DNA of 64,000 bases from Octopus vulgaris (GCA_951406725.2 OX597819.1:66526001-66590000); one strand, 5' to 3'; positions 42,499 through 56,584 are shown, counted from the stretch's first letter. Notes: a model not told the origin generated them from the letters alone. Numbers and translations: made by a program.

Positions 42499-43276
42499 GC
42501 AGAGCTGCTGAAACACATATTTGTAATAGCATGTGTACATTTAAAATGCTATATTGAGAAGTATATAAAATACACTAAATGTTAATATGTCTGAGCATCG
42601 TATCTATATGCGTTTACACGTAGAAATATTGAAATTTCAAGTAATTTTATGTAGCTCTAAGCATATATAATTACATATATACACAAATGTATATATATAT
42701 ATACAGATTTATACATACACGTGTATATGCGTTTATGAATAGACATGAATATATATTTTTACTTGGACAGACGGCCAGACACATTCACACAGACACACAT
42801 GAATGTATGTATTTATGTTTATTGGTATATGTATATCGCTGGTGATATGTCACTGTGCGTAATCATTTGTGTTTGTGTATTAATAAATAACATTAATATG
42901 GTGGTGATACTCAATACTCCGCGCCTAACAAGTGACCATAAATGAAATGTTCAAGAATGCTATAAAATCACCCATCTGTTAAGAACACTTCAGCTTCCAC
43001 TAGGATAGATTAAGCGGTCATATCCGCCATTCTTATCCGGTAACAATTTAATGTGTGAAGAGGTTTTAAGAAGAATCCCGTGTAACTGAATAGTTGTGAA
43101 TATGTCCGTGTGCTTCTGTAACAAGATTTCGGCTGCATCAACAAACATCCGTACAACATTTCAATTGTTTTACAACTATCTCAAAATGTGTTTTGATTTT
43201 TCGCTTTTCTTTAACTCGCAACTATTACACACACATTAACGTATGTAAACACAAACACACACATTCAAGTACATAG

Positions 43277-43369
<93 letters not shown>

Positions 43370-43459
43370 TACTTCCTAAATGATATTAGAACAAGTAAAC
43401 CTTTGAGTGGCATTGCGATTAACGCGCTTGTACAATAATCTGGGTGTCTCTACAATTCT

Positions 43460-44160
43460 CATCATTTATTGACTTCTTGACGTGTATAGCAGATAACACT
43501 GTTGTGGACTTTGAAACCAGACAATGTGTCGAAAAGACACCCACATAGATTGCATATCCGATTTGGACCACCAAAATCTGAAGTTAAGTTCTGAGCCTTG
43601 TGAATCTTTAAATGTCTTCTTGCAACCTCCGTTAGATTTTCAGACCTTCTGGCATATATTGCATTAAAAGGCGGGCACACATATATGCAGAATAGTTGGT
43701 GCGGGTTCGTTTTCCATGGGTTCGCATATGTATCTCATATACGCAGGTGATATTATGGGTAGTTTATTTAGGTACAATGGATTACATCTCAGTGTGTTCT
43801 AGTATATACGTCTAGTGATATTCTCCGGCTGTTTTCTTCCCTAAACGAGCAGCTTTTATATTTATATCAGTATTGCTGATGAGAAATGACTCTAATAGAC
43901 CAGTATTATTTAGGCAGATTCGATCATACTTTCGACCGGAAAATACAACGAAACATCATAGTTTGTGTAAAACTTCTTCAGTGAATTAAATGTTCCTCAC
44001 TGAACTTACATCCACATACTTCAATCAAGAAACAATAGTCAAAACCAGAAAATAGGTTACTGTTTTCATCCAGAGTTGTGTTCAGTCTTCAGGTAAATCA
44101 CATTGTAAATGTATCAATTAGAGTAACTTAAAAAAGATATTACCATATTCTTCCAGAGAG
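43460..44160 (-). mobile_element. Decayed RTE-like LINE 3' end
   Basis: C-terminal ICNLCGCLFDTLSGFKVH zinc-finger-like motif typical of RTE ORF ends. Upstream sequence is heavily degraded. Confidence 0.4.
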
Positions 44161-44343
44161 AGATGATTATTTGACAGAGCAGAACACCAGTCTGATCTAT
44201 GCGAGTATGGTTCATTAAACGAAAATTATATAAATTGTTTTTAACAAGGCTTATCCACTTCCCTTAGCAGAATATATATTAACACACGCACTATATATTC
44301 GTTTTTCACATTAGATTTATTATTGCTTTTATTTTATGTGCTT

Positions 44344-44390
44344 TGTCTGGAAATATTTCGTCACACATCCCGAGATTTCTTCAGCGATTC
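44344..44390 (-). ncRNA. Hammerhead ribozyme-like motif (degenerate)
   Basis: Minus strand CUGAAGA-AAUCUCGGGAUGUGUGAC-GAAAUAUUUC. GAAAUAUUUC is self-complementary, as in dimeric PLE hammerheads. Confidence 0.5.
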
Positions 44391-44529
44391 TACATCCAAT
44401 GCGTCCCCATCCTATTTTGACACACACGCAACAATAATCTCTTTCTCTGAAAAGCTTCATGCAAATGACATTATCTGTCTCGGCAGGAATTTTGAGCAAT
44501 AATCTAAAGAGGAATTAACGCAACATGTA

Positions 44530-45160
44530 TTCATTGATTTTTAAAATTCTTAGTCGTGATATCCAGACATCATTGAATTCATCTTTACACATGCACGCTA
44601 TCCTATCGAATACTGCTGCTGGTGTGATATTTCTATACAAAGGAAAGCATTTTGACATAGTAGCCCCTAGAGTTCATTTACGCAAATTGACAAAATACAT
44701 CATGGCATTACTTAATTAGTGCAATCGCCTGAAAAATGCTCAAGCACTTCTACCTGTATCACCTTCTTGAATAATATAATACAGAAAATAGAGCAATAGG
44801 GTTCACAAGATGTCGGTATCCAGTTCGCAAATCACCCGAGTTTAGTCCTCTGCACTCCACGCTTGTTACAATAAATGTGATCACGTCTTTAACAACATTA
44901 TAACATAGATGTTTATTTTTTACCTCAAAGTGTTCTACATAATTAGCAATTAATTATTCCCGAAAAAAGTACACATAAACTTTCCTTATAATACTTAAAC
45001 AGCACCTGGACAAATTCATACAAGAAATACCAAATAAGCAGCCCACATATAGTTAGATTTTTTTCCAACAACAATACGCGAATAAGCTATGTGGTTCATA
45101 AATATAATTTCAAGCACTTTCTCCAGATGGTGCAGTAGGATCATAGAAATATCTGAAAGT
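44530..45160 (+). mobile_element. Decayed CR1/L2-group LINE 3' end
   Basis: Remnant motifs PIEYCC (~44600) and LKQHLDKFIQEIPNKQP (~44995), matching the FK..LDK.L..IPDQP C-terminal pattern. Confidence 0.5.
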
Positions 45161-45495
45161 GTTCAAGATCCATTGATGATAATGAACAGACTTGTGTCTT
45201 TCTCTGGATGTGCATATATATACACATATTTTGGTATAAATATATGACTGTGTATATGTGTGACTGTGCGTGTGTATACGTCAGCACATCTTGATTTGTC
45301 CTTATTAGTCGTAATATACCTGTTGTTCTTGTATTGTTCTATGTATTTGTAATTGTGTGACATGTTCTCTGCTTTGCCTGTGTTGTCGCATATATATATG
45401 CTTGCCTTCTTCAAAACATTTAATGCTATTACCTTAGATTTTTTGGGCCATCCTATATTGAACTGTCTCAAATGTAACAGGCTGAGACTGTAACG

Positions 45496-45561
<66 letters not shown>

Positions 45562-46729
45562 ATACATACATACCTAGTACACAAACGCACGTATATATGC
45601 ATATTCAAACATTTTTATATTTCAATTTATAAAAGAAAGGCAACTTAAGGATTTCATAGCCATCATTACCGGTTATAGTCATGATGATGATGATGATGAT
45701 GATGATTTTAACGATGATGATGATGATCACCCTCATCATCATCATCTTCTTCTCCTCCTTCTTCTTCTTTTTCTTTTCTTCTACTTCTTCAATGTCTCAC
45801 ACAGAGCCGATATTTTTTCTCTCATTTCTCTTTGGGGGCGAGAAGGTTTTGATTTCTTTTTGTTTTTTTCTTTTCCTTCTCATTTCTCAATAAATTTGTT
45901 AAAATCACAATTTGTGTTGGCTTTCCTAAGTTTTCCTTGTAATACCCTCTATTCTTTGTCCCTGTGTCCATAAAATGAATATTTACAATAACACTAATGA
46001 AAATAATAACAGCAACAACAACAACAACCACAATTATATCTACTCTTCACACATTGTTTACTTGCGATTTCATTTTCGAAAAAAATAGTTCTTCATTGTC
46101 TTTGCATTTCTAAACCTTTCATTATATATATATTTTTATATTTGATGTCGTGTATCGAGATTCTGTTTGTTGCTTTATAGCTTTCTTTTCGTTTTCATTT
46201 TTGTGTTCTGTTATGTTGTGATTTTGCTATTACAAGAGCGGATATATTTTTAGATTGATACTCAATGAAAAATGGAAAATTCTGAGAAGGAACGAAATAT
46301 TACAAAAAAAAAAAAGAAATTTAGGTAAACAGATCCAACCATTCCAAAACCTCTATTTATTTGTTCATCATTTGTTCAACAAATATACCAGGCGGATTCT
46401 CCTTTCAAACAATGGGACATTTTTGGTCTTCTATTTAGAAACCAGCTCCATTATTTTCACTACTACTTTCGTATTCGCTTTTTGCTTTCTATTGTCTTAT
46501 GTATGTGTGTATGTATGTATGTATGTATGTATGTATGTATGTATGTATGTATGTATGTATGTATGTATGTATGTATATATGTATGTATATATATATACAT
46601 ATATAAATATATATAGACATATACATATATGTATATATGTATATATATATATACATACATTTATATGTGTATATATATATATATGTATTTATATATACTT
46701 TTGTATTCGCTTTTTTCTTTGTATTGTCT

Positions 46730-46775
<46 letters not shown>

Positions 46776-48454
46776 CATATGTCTGTATACATAAAATATA
46801 TATGTATATAAATATATATCCATACATATACACGCACACGTACACACACACATATGTTCCTCGTGGATATGGTCCTTTTTTGTAATATATTTTCAACCGT
46901 TGCTATTAAAACTACTCATATATTACAAGAATAGAAGTAACAAAGCCATTGATAGTAAGACAAAAATATTTGTTTGTTTTATCAGCCACAAGGATCATGA
47001 TATTGTGAGGAAATTGTGAGGAAAAGCGAAATTTAAAAGAAATCTACACACTCTAGAACAGTGCGGAGTTTGCAACGAGTGAAATTGGTTAGTACATCAA
47101 TAACAATAGCAATCGATAGCAATAAAGAATATAAATATAACAAGGACAGTATGATAATTCATATAAAGGGATCATTGTCCCCTATCACACGTTTGCGGAG
47201 GATCCTGACAAGCAAATTATAGAGGTTTTGAGTCACTTTGTCACTTACAGCTGTATATGATAAGCATAATTAATTACTCTAATGCTATTTCAGCACTGTC
47301 ATAAATTTTATTAGAGGGCTGTAACTCTCTCTCTCCGTCTCTCTCACGAACACACACATACACACGCTCTGTTTGCCGATTATCTTTGGTATCTTCACTT
47401 GCAAGCAGAATATATTGATCAGAGGTGACTCCATATCATCAGCATCACTCGGGCTCATTAAAGATTTCGCAAAAGACACAAGCCTGCTCGAAGATTTTCA
47501 CGTTTTTCCACAATATATCTAGCCCCAAATGCCTTACTTTTTATATCTAGCACATGCGCAGAATAACAGCAATCAAATAACGACAGCAGAGTGCAAAAGA
47601 AACATCAGCAGGCTGGCTGTCGTCTCTACACTTGACAAGAGATACCAGTTAGTAATTTTCTTTCCTTTAGGAACATTGCAGAATGGAGACTTTTCATAGA
47701 CTGAAATTTAAATCCTAGTCTCTTCAGAAATTTATTTTTTCCAGAAAACATTGAATTTTAGTTACTTTTAACTTTTACGATTATTGATAACAACACGGGC
47801 TCTAACTTCTGAGCCCGAGTCAAACGCGTGTGAACGATCTTGAGAGATAGTCCACTACGAATGATATTTTTTTGACACAGAGCACTTCTAAGACGCTGAA
47901 CGAAAATAAATGAACTGCGACCAGGGTCAACAAAAGGAAACCGAGTTATTGGCTGCAATTACATACTTGAAATCAGTGTTGCCAGAAATGAAATCACCTT
48001 GCAAAATACACGTCTACTTAATTAAATTTATACTCGGGTTAAATCGTAACAGCCCGAGTGACGGTGTCACCACTGATGTTGATATATGTGTAACATAGAA
48101 TTAAAATGTTCATCTTCAATCCTTTTAAACGTACATTCTTAGCCATAATCACCAAGCCCAGAAGAACCTCACGCAGATCATAAAATTGTGATGAGTGAAC
48201 ATTCATTATTTTTCGGCCGACTCCCAGATACTTCTCGCACATGAAAACACCCGTTTGTAAATTGTAGGACATAAGTTCATTATCATGATGGTTTCCTCTA
48301 CTTTCACGTATATGAGCTGAATTATTTCGTGGACACTCCATCATGACCACGTGCACAATTTTTAGCTAGAACAAAATACGCGCCACTGAATTTTTTCAGA
48401 AATTTTAAAATGTACAATCTCAGAATTCATTATTTTATTTGTGACTTGTTTGTT

Positions 48455-48735
48455 CATTCCCGAGTTAAGTCTGTCTCACGGGGCCGGTTTCCTGGTTTTC
48501 CCATCTGGACGGGACGCCGGTCCGACGCAGGTGAGCTGCAAAATGCAGGAGGAGGAAAGAGTGAGAGAAAGTTGTGGCGAAGGAGTCAGCAGATGTTCGC
48601 CATTACCTACTGCCGGAGCCGCGTAGAGCTTCGGTGTTTCGCTCATAAACACACATATAATCTGGTCTTAGATTCGAACCCGCGATCCCTCGACCGCGAG
48701 TCCGCTGCTCTAACCACTAAGCCATATACCTCCAC
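48455..48735 (-). mobile_element. tRNA-derived SINE family C variant
   Basis: Minus strand GGCTTAGTGGTTAGAGCAGCGGACTCGCGGTCGAGGGATCGCGGGTTCGAATC: clear A and B boxes in a tRNA-like head, followed by a non-tRNA body. Confidence 0.88.
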
Positions 48736-49509
48736 TTATTTGTAACTTGCTACATCTAAATTTACTTGTAAGTATTCTTGGTGTAGGACTGGGTTAAAAT
48801 TTGTAAATACATGAAATTGCCCTGTTTTAATTCTTAGAGAGTTCTTATAGATTTTACAAGTGGTGTTTTAGAAACGAATAATATTTTTGAATACAAAATG
48901 GCTATGAAAATTCCTGATATGTGTAACATTTTAAATTAAGTATATTAATTTTTAGACTGGAATTTACTATCACTTTTTAGAAGGAGAAGCCTTTCCAAAC
49001 TACCAAACACAAACAGCTTTATAAACTGACAAAATGTTTGTATATAAAACACTTAATATGTCTGGTAACTCTTAAATACAGTCAGTGAAATAATACAAAC
49101 ATTTAACCCTCACTTCCATATTGTGAGCTACCCTCAATTATCCACCCCTGCTTCTATTCTCAAATCAATTCTTCCATGTAGTACCGAAGCTGAATGGTCC
49201 AGAATGTGCCGAGATTATTTGCAAGTTGATTCAAATTCCTCCATTCTTTTGCGTTCTATTAGCGGAATATTTGACAACTGCTTTCATTACAATATACCCG
49301 TATTTTTATTTATGTCTACATACTGAAAAGAGGTTCTCTATGTCCTTCTGCGTGTCACAGTTATACTCGATTAAACCACGTCATAGTCTCTTGATTTGAT
49401 TTTGTTTTTAGCTACTGCTTTGTTTTTTTCACTTATCTGTTTCCTCTTTATACTGGTCAAAAACATTTCACGTCCCCGTACACAAAAAATATATATTAGT
49501 GGTGTCATT

Positions 49510-49865
49510 GTGGAGGCGCAATGGCCCAGTGGTTAGGGCAGCGGATTCGCGGTCGTGGTGTTTCGATTCCCAGACCGGGCGTCGTGAGTGTTTACTGAGT
49601 TAAAACATCTAAAGCTCCATGAGGCTTCGGCAGGGGATGGTGGCGAACCCTGCTGTACTATTTCACCACAACTTTCTCTCTCAGTTTCTTCCCGGTTCTC
49701 TTGTACCTGTATTTCAAAGGGGCCAGCCTTGTCACACTCTGTGTCACGCTGAATCTCCGCGCCAAGAACTGTGGAGTGCTCAGCCACTTGCACGTTAATT
49801 TCACGAGCAGGCTGTTCTGCTGATCGAGTCAACTGGAACCCTCGTCGTCGTAACAGGCGGACCGT
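49510..49865 (+). mobile_element. tRNA-derived SINE family C
   Basis: GGAGGCGCAATGGCCCAGTGGTTAGGGCAGCGGATTCGCGGTCG..GTTTCGATTCC. Shares CCACAACTTTCTCTC with the 48455-48735 copy but has a different 3' body. Confidence 0.88.
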
Positions 49866-49959
49866 CACGAATGATATTGTTGATAATGTTGTTAGAAATA
49901 CTCTCCAGAAGCGTCATACACACACACACACACATACACACACATACACACATACACAC

Positions 49960-50180
49960 ATATGTGTGTATGTGTGTTTGTGTGTCTGTGCCTGTCCCCA
50001 TCATCGCATGACAACCGATGCTGGTGTTTTTACGTCCTTGTTACTTAGCGGTTCGGCAAAAAAACCCCAATAAAATAAGTACTCGATTTACAAAGAATAT
50101 ATCATGGGGTCGATTTGCTCGACGAAAGGTGGTGCTCCAGGATGGCCGCAGTCAAATAACTTAAACAAATAAAAGAATGA
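49960..50180 (+). mobile_element. SINE family A, 3' half
   Basis: CATCGCATGACAACCGATGCTGGTG..CTTAGCGGTTCGGCAAAA..GGTGCTCCAGGATGGCCGCAGTC. Confidence 0.8.
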
Positions 50181-50499
50181 AAGATTGTGTGTACGATGTA
50201 TACGGATGTGTGTGCGTGTGTGTGTATGACATTGTGAATTTATCAGTACTTCATGCTTGATATTCAGTGTTTGTTTGTTTGTTTGTTTACGTTCCATAAT
50301 GTAGTTGGCGCTCATAGTCTTTAATGGAGCAAGTAACAGAATTCGAGAAAAACAAATTTGTAAGCGTAACTTGTTCGAGTAAAACATTTCAAGCGCTGCA
50401 GCAGCATGGCCGCAGTCAGAAAAGTAACCGTTAAAAGATTCATCTTCATCATCATCATCATCACCACCAGTACCATCAGTATATTCACCTTTTTATCCC

Positions 50500-50815
50500 T
50501 CCTCTTCTTCTTCTTCTTCTTCTTCTTCTTCTTCTTCTTCTTCTTCTTCTTCTTCTTCTTCTTCTTCTTCTTCTTCTTCTTCTTCTTCTTCTTCTTCTTC
50601 TTCTTCTTCTTCTTCTTCTCCTCCTCCTCCTCCTCCACCTCATCATCATCACCAGTACCATCACCTCCACCGTCTTCTTCTTCTTCTTCTTATCATCATC
50701 ATCATCATCAATATTATTATTATCGATATTGTTGTTGGTGGTGGTGTGGTTGTCAGCATCATCATCATAGTTTTACATATTGTTACTACTACAAATACTA
50801 CTACACGTACGATTA

Positions 50816-50914
<99 letters not shown>

Positions 50915-51120
50915 ATCAATATTATTAACATTATTATTATTATCATCATTATTATTATCATTATTATTATTACCATTATTATTATTATTATTATTATTAT
51001 TATCATTATTATTATTATTATTATCATTATTATTACCATTACTGCTATTATTACTATTTCACTCTTATTAAACAATACTACTATTATTAAAGATTGTTAT
51101 TACCATTGTCATTATTATTA
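50500..51120. repeat. Compound (TTC)n/(TCA)n/(TTA)n trinucleotide field
   Basis: Direct inspection. Confidence 0.95.
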
Positions 51121-51612
51121 CTCGAATAAATAGCATTCCTGCACTTAAGAATCCTCCCCTCCTCTCAATTGTAATGGATTTTTATAAATACCAAGCATTC
51201 AGATCACAAAAATATCGTCAAGTTATTATTATATTCCAGTGTATGATTATGGAACTCTGTTAATGGTATTAGCCTTTGTCTAAGATAGAATTTCAAAACC
51301 GTTTCAATATAGCTAAGAGAACCATTAAAACACATTTTCAAATGTTATGCGAAGAATCACTAGAAGGTTTAAAAACCCGTATTTAAGATCGCTCACGAAC
51401 ATACATATTCACACACGTAAATATACAAACACATGTGCGTATGTATATATACTTTTAAATATATATATACATATAAACATGTGAATGCGTTGCCCTGTGT
51501 GTGTGTGCGTATATATATTATATATATATATATATATATTAAGAAAGTGAGCCAAGAGAGTGGTTGTGAACACTCCGTTACATTTGGAAATGCACGTTTA
51601 TGCTTGCATACA

Positions 51613-51779
<167 letters not shown>

Positions 51780-52058
51780 GTACTATTTTGCACATATACA
51801 CATACATAGACATATCCATATACATATTCATACAATATACATACGTGCTTGCGCAGAGATGTTGTATTGACGCCTTTAGTGATTGAAATAGTAATCCGGT
51901 AAATTTTATCAACAAGCGTCGAAGCATATATAGCAAATGAAACACAGATACGAACACAAGCTCATAAATACATACATGCATTGATACAAAGACCTTCATG
52001 ATTATAAACAAAACAACATCATGTATACATGCATGTATGTATACGCACAAATATATAC

Positions 52059-52101
<43 letters not shown>

Positions 52102-52131
52102 ATATACATGTATACACACACACACACACAC

Positions 52132-52190
<59 letters not shown>

Positions 52191-53286
52191 CGTGTGTGTG
52201 TGTAATTCTATGAAAAATACAATTAGTATTTTGAAAAACTAATCCTCAGAATATTTTATAAAGATTCCGAAATTGTACTACTGCAAAAACCCCTCTGAAA
52301 ATAACACATTAGTAAACATAGTTTTGTCACACACACTCACGCACATACACACACGCGCGCGCGCGCGCACGTACACACACACACATACACATAATGGACG
52401 CATACACACATACAAAGAAAAATAAATACTTCAATAGAAGTTTACATATATATACATATATACCTATATATGCATATATATATGCATATATATATACATA
52501 TATGTATAAGTTTACATATATATAGATATTTATGTAAACATATACATAACATACGTGTATATAATACTATATAAGTATGTATATATATATATATATGTAT
52601 GCATATTTATATCTATATAAATACGTGTTTGTGTGTGTGTGTGTCTGTATTCTAATGCATGTATATACAGATGTATGTATATTCATACACAAGATTCTAT
52701 ATATTCTATATGTAAAATATTTTTGTGTGTGGCTGTGGGTGTGTTTGTTCTGTGTGTGTGTGCGTGTGTGTATATGCGCACACACACAGCAGATCTCTCG
52801 TACATTCATGCATATTTGTTTCACACACGCTGAAACACGGAATTAAAATCTCAAATGGTGAATATCTTCTCTTAAGAGTATATTTATTATCCAAAATACG
52901 AAGAGCATTACCAACAACAGTAAAGATAAAATAAGTTAAGCTTCTTTTTATATTTGACGCTTCAGAACACTTTTAGATTTCATTAAAAAAAAAAATAATA
53001 AGAGATGAAATGGCCGTCTATACAAGTATTGAACTGTTAGCTCCATATTCGTTTTTATAAAAACTGCCGTGGGCGTTTGATATCCAGCAGACGAGCGATC
53101 AAAGCCACTCCATCTGCTCCGTAGCTATCCAGTTCCATTTTTCTGTTTTTTATTTAGTTTTAGCTATCATGTTTACTGTAGCCTAGGCGACATTTTGAAA
53201 AGCACTCTTCCGTTCTTTTCAAGATGACAAGCTGCAATGTCGCTGCATCGAAATCTAATTTCATCATCGCTTCATTATTATTATTA

Positions 53287-53330
<44 letters not shown>

Positions 53331-53669
53331 GTTTATTGTTGTTGTTTCTTTTGTTGTTCCTGTCACTTTTATTATTATTTTCAATAGTGGTAGACGACGA
53401 TGTTGTTTTACCCTGAAACAGCTAAGAATCAGCAGTTTTCAGATCAAAGACTTTAAAGTTCTCCCTATCAAGTTACTTTTATATTATTGAAAAGAGCTTC
53501 TATGCTGCACTTTACTATGTTACGTTTGCTTCTTCTACACTGCTATGAGTGGGCTTCAATATAAAGGCTATTAAATTACTGTATATCTATATTATTGATT
53601 TCATTTAGATGTTTAGGTTAAAAAAATTGGTGTATTCAAATTCTTTTCTCCTATAGAGATACACCGTAA

Positions 53670-54290
53670 CACTTTTGGGGAAGAGGCTAGTCGATTTCAT
53701 CGACCCAGCGCTTTATTGGTAACAATTCCCGAAAGTATGAAAGGCAAATTCGACCTCCATATTTCAACCCAAAACCCAAGACGGGCCAAAAGCTGCTAAG
53801 CATTTTCCTGGGGAGCTAGCGACCCTGCCAGTAGTTGCATTAATATTGGTTTCATAATTTTGGCACTCCACCGGCAATTTTGGAGAGGGCTTCAGTCGAT
53901 TAGATCGCCACTAGATTTCCAATGATGTTTATTTTATCCTTCCCGAAAAGATGAACAGCAATTTTGACCCTGATGGGTCTTTGATCTTCATTCACAGTGA
54001 AATGGTGCTAAGCATCTCGCCCGGCGTGCGAATGATTCTGCTGTTTCACCGCCCTAAGTACAACTTATATTGATACAACAGCTAGGACGGCAAGCTGGCA
54101 GAATTGTTAGGACGCCGAAAAAATTACTTACTATCATCCGTCTTTCGTTCTGAGTTGTAATTCCACAAAAGACGACTTTGTCTTTCATCCTTTCAGGTGG
54201 TTAAAGCAAGTACCCGCTAATCACTGGATCTAATCAACGTAGCACCACTCTGAAATATCTAGCTTTGAGCCAAAATTTTAAAACAATATT
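53670..54290. mobile_element. Cluster of degenerate family B SINEs (two minus, one plus)
   Basis: Minus copies ~53670-53840 and ~53860-54055 (CCCGAAA.GATGAA.GGCAA..; GCATCTCGCCCGGCGTGC). Plus copy from ~54085 (GGCAAGCTGGCAGAATTGTTAG). Confidence 0.7.
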
Positions 54291-54295
54291 TCAAT

Positions 54296-54461
54296 GCGTA
54301 GGAGTGGCTGTGTTGTAAGTGGCTTGCTTACGAACCACATAGTTGGGAGTTCAGTCCCACTGCGTGACACCTTGGGCAAGTGTCTTCTACTATAGCCTCG
54401 GGCCGACCAAAGCCTTCTGAGTGGATTTGGTAGACGGAAACTGAAAGAAGACCGTCGTATA

Positions 54462-54498
<37 letters not shown>

Positions 54499-54725
54499 AT
54501 GTGTGTGTTTGTGTGTCTGTGTTCGTCCCCCCAACATCGCTTGACAACCGATGCTGGTGTGTTTATGTCCCCGTAACGTAGCGATTCGGCAAAATAGACC
54601 GATAGAATAAGTACTAGGCTTACAAAAAATAAGTCCTCGGATTGATTTGCTCAACTAAAGGCGATGCTCTAGCACGGCCACCAGTCAAATAACTGAAAGA
54701 AGTAAAAGAGTAAAAGAGAGTAAAA
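54296..54725 (+). mobile_element. SINE family A, full length
   Basis: High similarity to 24169-24560 over head, body and tail. Confidence 0.9.
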
Positions 54726-54949
54726 GAAAGTGCTTGCATAGGGGTGCGTACTGACAGGATCATTTGAGCATCGATAAAATGCTTTCCGTTATTTCTTGCA
54801 GATGTGTACGTTATGAGTTGAAACCCCACTAATATTAGCTTTTGCTATTTATGACTCTAAGCTCGATAAAAGTATCTGCCTACTGCTAGAGTCGATGATA
54901 TCGACTTATTTTCGCCCATCAAAATTCCTAGCATTTAATCTGAACGTTG

Positions 54950-56015
54950 CTTTGCTTGAATGTGAACCGAGCAACATTGTACGAGTTGGCAGTGAGCTTC
55001 TTAAGCAGCACTTTTTTCCTCAAGATCTCCTATACAGCCTTAAAACAGCTGGGCTCCTTTAGCTCAGAGAAGCCCAGGATTGAAAACACTCAGCATACAA
55101 AAAGTGGACGATGCATGGGTATGTTGCCCGACAGCTTGAACAAGACAGTAAAATTGAAGGAGACAGTAGAATTGTCACGATGTGCAGCCTCTCTTGGAAA
55201 GAAGACCACTTCATCTGATTACACTTTGTAGGCCACGCGTTTGCAGTCAATATGTAGGAGATTGCCACAAAGTACCTGGTGAACAAGAGAGACATTGACA
55301 CTCTTAAAAAGCAAGGTGCAAGTGCATGCGTAGGCTTTCTCATATTTCCATGGAAGATATCACGCATATAATTTTGCAGCTGTCCCAATATTTCGTTCCT
55401 AAGTCGCACGATGTTGTGGCTAAAACAATTTACAATGTCATCCGCGAGAAAAGAAGGCTGTCATGAAAGAAACTTTAAAAATCTTTGTTACAGAATACGT
55501 CCATAAACACCAACTCAAGGAATACTAGTGGAATATTCCCATCAAAACTGCTGTCAAATGTAAACAGAGCAAGCCGGATATTGTTGTTCGGGGAGGGACA
55601 AAGGTATGTACCATCATAAAGGTCAGTCACCCTGCATATATAAATATCTCTTTGAAAATCAAAGAAAGAGAGGATATCTATGGATAGCTGCTTCGAAACC
55701 TCCAGCTTGTATATCCAGACTATGAAAATCGAAATCGAGCGAGCTTTTGCCCTTTTGCTCGACGTGAAGTTTAATAATTGGAGCACTAGGTTTTGTTAGA
55801 AAATGCTTAAAGGAGAATCTGGATAAGCTGGGATTTTCAAAAAGAGAAGTTGACCAGCTAATTCGTACATTACAAGAGCAATTCGTGAATGGAACAGTGA
55901 ACATATACAAGAGTTTTCTCAAGTTCCAAATGTGAATTTCTGTGTGTTAACTACATCCTGGAGATGGAGCCTTTGGTCTTGCTGGAAACCGGCTCTATTT
56001 TCAGTGAGAGATTAA
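54950..56015 (+). mobile_element. Decayed RLE-type (R4-like) non-LTR retrotransposon 3' portion
   Basis: Frameshifted translation: RLSHISMEDITHII..SCPNIS..HDVVAKTIYNV, EY*WNIPIKTAVKCKQSKPDIVV, NISLKIKEREDIYG*LLRNLQLVYPDY, IIGALGFV, GTVNIYKSFLKFQM*. Confidence 0.8.
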
Positions 56016-56057
56016 TGATAATTAGAAAAATAGAAGAGACATGATTGCATATATACA

Positions 56058-56111
<54 letters not shown>

Positions 56112-56204
56112 TATATATATGTGTGTATGTATGTATGCATGTATGTATGTATGTATGTATGTATGTATGTATGTATGTATGTATGTATGTATGTATACAT
56201 ATCA

Positions 56205-56375
56205 CTCTTTACTCTTTTGCACGTTTCAGACATTTGCAATCTACCCCGGGACTTATTGTTTGCTAGCCTAGTACTTATTTTATCAGTCACTTGTGTTGAA
56301 CCGCTAATTTAGGGGGGCACGAACACAGCAACATTCGTTGCCAAGTGATAGTGGAGGGACAAAGACAGACTCAAT
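56205..56375 (-). mobile_element. SINE family A, 3' half, degenerate
   Basis: CTCTTTACTCTTTT..GCCTAGTACTTATTTTATC..GAACCGCTAA. Confidence 0.65.
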
Positions 56376-56397
56376 GATACACACACATACACACAAA

Positions 56398-56454
<57 letters not shown>

Positions 56455-56543
56455 AAGTTTTCTTTACCAACAGAATGTGGCAGTCCTCTAAAGGATGATG
56501 TTACAGTTGTTGAAGCCCCAGAAAAACATGTTTTCCAGTTTGA

Positions 56544-56584
<41 letters not shown>

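Noticed and set aside
47652-47720. Splice-acceptor-like TTTTCTTTCCTTTAG and possible exon
   Set aside because: No sustained ORF or partner donor identified; cannot be supported without RNA data.
47684-47730. Minus-strand CUGAAGA-GACU..AGUC-UAU-GAAA hammerhead candidate
   Set aside because: Three extra nucleotides before GAAA and no helix III.
48660-48735. tRNA gene
   Set aside because: The tRNA-like head continues into a SINE body shared with other copies, with no proper acceptor stem or terminator.
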